Below, piece after piece: positions 61,720 through 64,000 of a stretch of 64,000 nt of DNA (position 1 is its first letter; each line of letters begins with the position of its first letter). The notes beneath the pieces were generated by a model. The model was not told where the DNA came from and did no database searches. It worked only from the letters and a program-made list of their open reading frames with translations. A program made the position numbers and the translations under genes. Source of the stretch: Bacillota bacterium (lineage in GTDB: Bacteria > Bacillota > SHA-98 > Ch115 > JABLXJ01). The DNA is taken from NCBI GenBank assembly GCA_012839815.1, contig DUMQ01000136.1, forward strand, positions 19,125-83,124, written 5' to 3'.

Positions 61720-62772
61720 CTACCGGACTGGACCATTTAATACAACGGCGCCCGATATGCCGTCAACGATCTTTTCAACAGTTCCGGGCCCGAGGGTCTG
61801 GCCCAGGAAAATAAGCCGCTCAAAAGCCTTCCAGCTCAGGAGCCTATTCAACGTGGGACGCCTCGCGAGCTCATCGAGGGATGAGCCGTGAGCGGTTGCA
61901 AGGACACTCACCCCGGCGTTTATGGCCTCCTCGACGCTCTCGGCGTCCTCGGCCCTCCCCAGCTCGTCTGTGGCGATAACATCGGGAGACATGGCCCTGA
62001 TAAGCATCATTATCCCCTCGGCCTTCGGGCAGGAATCGAGCACATCCGTTCGCACGCCCACGTCATTTTGCGGCTCGCCCTGGTAGCAGGCTGCTATCTC
62101 TGACCGTTCATCCACCACGGCCACTTTAAAACCCCGGATGTTTAAACCAGGGCCACCGCCGCCAGGGGGGATCCTGAACCCGTTGCTCAGCTGGCGTATC
62201 ATATCCCTCAGGAGTGTGGTCTTGCCACACCTCGGCGGGGAGATGATTAGCGTATGCAAAAACCGCCCCGTGCCGGGCTGGATGCAGTAAGGCATTACCT
62301 TATCGGCCGCCCCGATGACCTGCCTAGATATCCTGATACAAAACCCGGCTATATCCCTCTGGGTCTTTATATGCCCACCCTCGAGCACAGCGCGGCCGGC
62401 GATGCCGACCCGGTGCCCCCCGCGGAGCGTGATGTAGCCATTCCTGAGTTCCTCCTCCACGGCATAGACCGAACCCGAACACATCAGCTGGAGGGTCTTA
62501 TGGGCATCATCACGGGTAAACAGGTAAGCCTCGCCGGGGTCCATGGTGATGCCGCCATTTCTCGCAAGGTAGAGATCCCCTCGTGACGTGACAAGCATAA
62601 CGGGCCTCCCGAGCCTTAACCTGATCTCCTCGAGGCTGGCCACAACGCCCGGCTCGATACTAGCCAGGAGGTCACGGATCCTCTGGGGCACGAGCATGGT
62701 GACCGTGGCGACCTGTCCGGTAGATCCGGTAGATATAGATCCGGTAGATAATGATGCTTCAGACACTGCCAA
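61720..62772 (-). CDS. spoIIIAA: Stage III sporulation protein AA (ATPase).
   Basis: Walker A ISPPRCGKTTLLRDMIRQLS. The N-terminus carries the repeat STGSISTGSTG, encoded by ccggtagat x3. The real start may be at 62697. Confidence 0.85.
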   Translation of the reverse strand: MAVSEASLSTGSISTGSTGQVATVTMLVPQRIRDLLASIEPGVVASLEEIRLRLGRPVMLVTSRGDLYLARNGGITMDPGEAYLFTRDDAHKTLQLMCSGSVYAVEEELRNGYITLRGGHRVGIAGRAVLEGGHIKTQRDIAGFCIRISRQVIGAADKVMPYCIQPGTGRFLHTLIISPPRCGKTTLLRDMIRQLSNGFRIPPGGGGPGLNIRGFKVAVVDERSEIAACYQGEPQNDVGVRTDVLDSCPKAEGIMMLIRAMSPDVIATDELGRAEDAESVEEAINAGVSVLATAHGSSLDELARRPTLNRLLSWKAFERLIFLGQTLGPGTVEKIVDGISGAVVLNGPVR

Positions 62773-62821
62773 GGCACGTCCCCCCTGTACCTATATAGAT
62801 ATTGCGGCAGGCAAAATTTAT

Positions 62822-62880
62822 GACAAAAAAACAGGACAGGCTTTCGAATCTGAAACCCAGATCTGAAAACCTGTCCCGGC
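62822..62880 (-). terminator. Intrinsic terminator downstream of efp.
   Basis: On the minus strand the hairpin is GGACAGG..CCTGTCC, followed by CTGTTTTTTTGTC. Confidence 0.55.
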
Positions 62881-62948
62881 TTCCTGGCTCGCCCTACCGG
62901 CCTCCCGGGTGATTTTGAACGGTAGCTGGCCGCGCCCGGTCTACCCGG

Positions 62949-63506
62949 TCAGACCCGCTCGAGGTACTGGCCCGTCCTCGTATCAACGCGTATCACATCG
63001 CCGACGTTAACGAAGAGGGGAACCTGCACAACCGCGCCAGTCTCAAGCTTGGCGGGCTTGGATCCGCCCGTGGCGGTATCGCCCTTAATGCCCGGATCTG
63101 TCTCCGTAACCTTCAGCTCCACAAAGTTCGGGAGCTCCACCCCAATCGGCGTCCCTTCATACATGAGCACACCGAGGACCATATTCTCCTTCAAATACTT
63201 TATGTTATCCCCGAGCTTCTCCTTGTTCAAGGAGAGCTGCTCATATGTGGTCATATCCATGAAAAAGTAATCATCGCCCGAGCTGTAGAGGTATTGCATC
63301 TCCCTGTATTCTATGTGAGCCTTTGGGAGCTTCTCCCCCGCGCGAAAAGTCTTTTCAATAACGTAGCCCGTCTTTATGTTCTTGAGCCTGGACCTGACAA
63401 ACGCCGAACCCTTTCCCGGCTTGACATGCTGGAAGTCGACAACAGTGTAGAGTTCACCATCAACCTCGATGGTGAGGCCTGTCCTGAAATCATTGGTCGA
63501 GATCAT
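62949..63506 (-). CDS. efp: Elongation factor P.
   Basis: [43 protein letters not shown].. ATG at 63506 with a GGGGTG RBS. Confidence 0.9.
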   Translation of the reverse strand: MISTNDFRTGLTIEVDGELYTVVDFQHVKPGKGSAFVRSRLKNIKTGYVIEKTFRAGEKLPKAHIEYREMQYLYSSGDDYFFMDMTTYEQLSLNKEKLGDNIKYLKENMVLGVLMYEGTPIGVELPNFVELKVTETDPGIKGDTATGGSKPAKLETGAVVQVPLFVNVGDVIRVDTRTGQYLERV

Positions 63507-63599
63507 GCCCGCACTGCACCCCCATGAGAACACAAAAATTACCAATTTATAGAAACCAACAATCCTATTATATCATTTCCATCCAGTCATGAAAACTAT

Positions 63600-63712
63600 T
63601 AAGTTAGTCCGCAAGAATACCCGGACCTTTTGCAGGTAACAGCTACCAGCGTCGCACAATGGCCGGGGTGTCTCGCATCTCTCCGCCTGGCGGAGAGATG
63701 CGAGACACCCTA
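63600..63712 (+). repeat. Structured GC-rich repeat element, copy 3 (short form). It ends in a perfect 19-bp hairpin.
   Basis: taagttagtccgcaagaatacccggacc..ggccggggtgtctcgcatctctccgcc-tggc-ggagagatgcgagacaccc. The first roughly 95 nt match the 5' module of copies 1 and 2. Confidence 0.65.
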
Positions 63713-63737
63713 GGTCATTATCCAGGATCAGGCAGGG

Positions 63738-64000
63738 TCAAATCTCAATCAGCGTCTTGTCGGAATGGGTGAAAACGCTGCAACCATCGCCGGTAACGGC
63801 CACCAGGTCCTCGATCCTTACCCCGCCCAGCTCTGGCAGGTAGATCCCGGGCTCGACGCTCACAACCATTCCGGGTCCAAGCACAACGTCGCCAGAAGGG
63901 GAAAGCCTGGGCTCCTCGTGGACGGCGAGCCCGACACCATGCCCAAGCCCGTGGCCGAAGGCACTGGCATACCCTTCGCGAGCGATGCGATCCCTGGCTA
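63738..64000 (-). CDS. Xaa-Pro aminopeptidase/dipeptidase (M24 family; Bacillus yqhT-like). Only the C-terminal part is in the window, and the 5' end runs off the edge.
   Basis: The reverse translation ends ..GHGLGHGVGLAVHEEPRLSPSGDVVLGPGMVVSVEPGIYLPELGGVRIEDLVAVTGDGCSVFTHSDKTLIEI*, which carries the M24 metal-ligand motifs. Confidence 0.8.
   Translation of the reverse strand, partial: ARDRIAREGYASAFGHGLGHGVGLAVHEEPRLSPSGDVVLGPGMVVSVEPGIYLPELGGVRIEDLVAVTGDGCSVFTHSDKTLIEI

Overview
This 64-kb window looks like the chromosome of a GC-rich, endospore-forming Firmicute (Clostridia/Bacilli-like). Two conserved synteny blocks support that reading: xseA-xseB-ispA-(gap)-dxs-tlyA-nadK-argR-recN, and efp-spoIIIAA..AH-accB-accC-asp23/amaP-nusB. 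Nearly all genes are on the minus strand. From left to right the window holds the following. (1) A glyoxylate module: gcl (partial), an IclR regulator and tartronate-semialdehyde reductase. (2) A metY-metX-metW operon behind a textbook SAM-I (S-box) riboswitch. (3) An MFS transporter. (4) A roughly 12-kb carbohydrate/polyol catabolic locus that looks lower in GC by eye. It carries two xylose-isomerase-like TIM-barrel paralogs, a Gfo/Idh/MocA oxidoreductase, a ROK kinase, a GntR/UTRA regulator, an SDR, two Zn-dependent dehydrogenases, a CUT1 ABC importer and DeoC. (5) Three tRNAs (Lys-CTT, elongator Met, initiator-like Met), followed by a scar-like stretch with a glycosyltransferase family 2 (GT2) gene fragment and hairpins. 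(6) An orphan sugar-binding protein, then mutS without mutL. (7) A feoA/feoB/mntR-like operon in which feoB is split into two overlapping ORFs. (8) A hypothetical gene, a large secreted protein and an ABC-2 exporter. (9) Two CotF-like coat proteins. (10) pdp and prs, a SpoVB-like flippase, and an unusual Amidase_3 / CofE-like fusion ORF. (11) The recN..xseA block, with an unexplained 0.8-kb non-coding gap between ispA and the next gene. (12) The asp23/acc/spoIIIA/efp block. The most novel-looking signal is a dispersed family of GC-rich structured repeats. Full copies lie at 22646-22906, 38713-38890 and 63600-63712, with a 23-nt fragment at 27181-27203. All are intergenic, and two are in inverted orientation bracketing about 15.8 kb. 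All calls rest on reading the translations and sequence by eye. No database searches were run.
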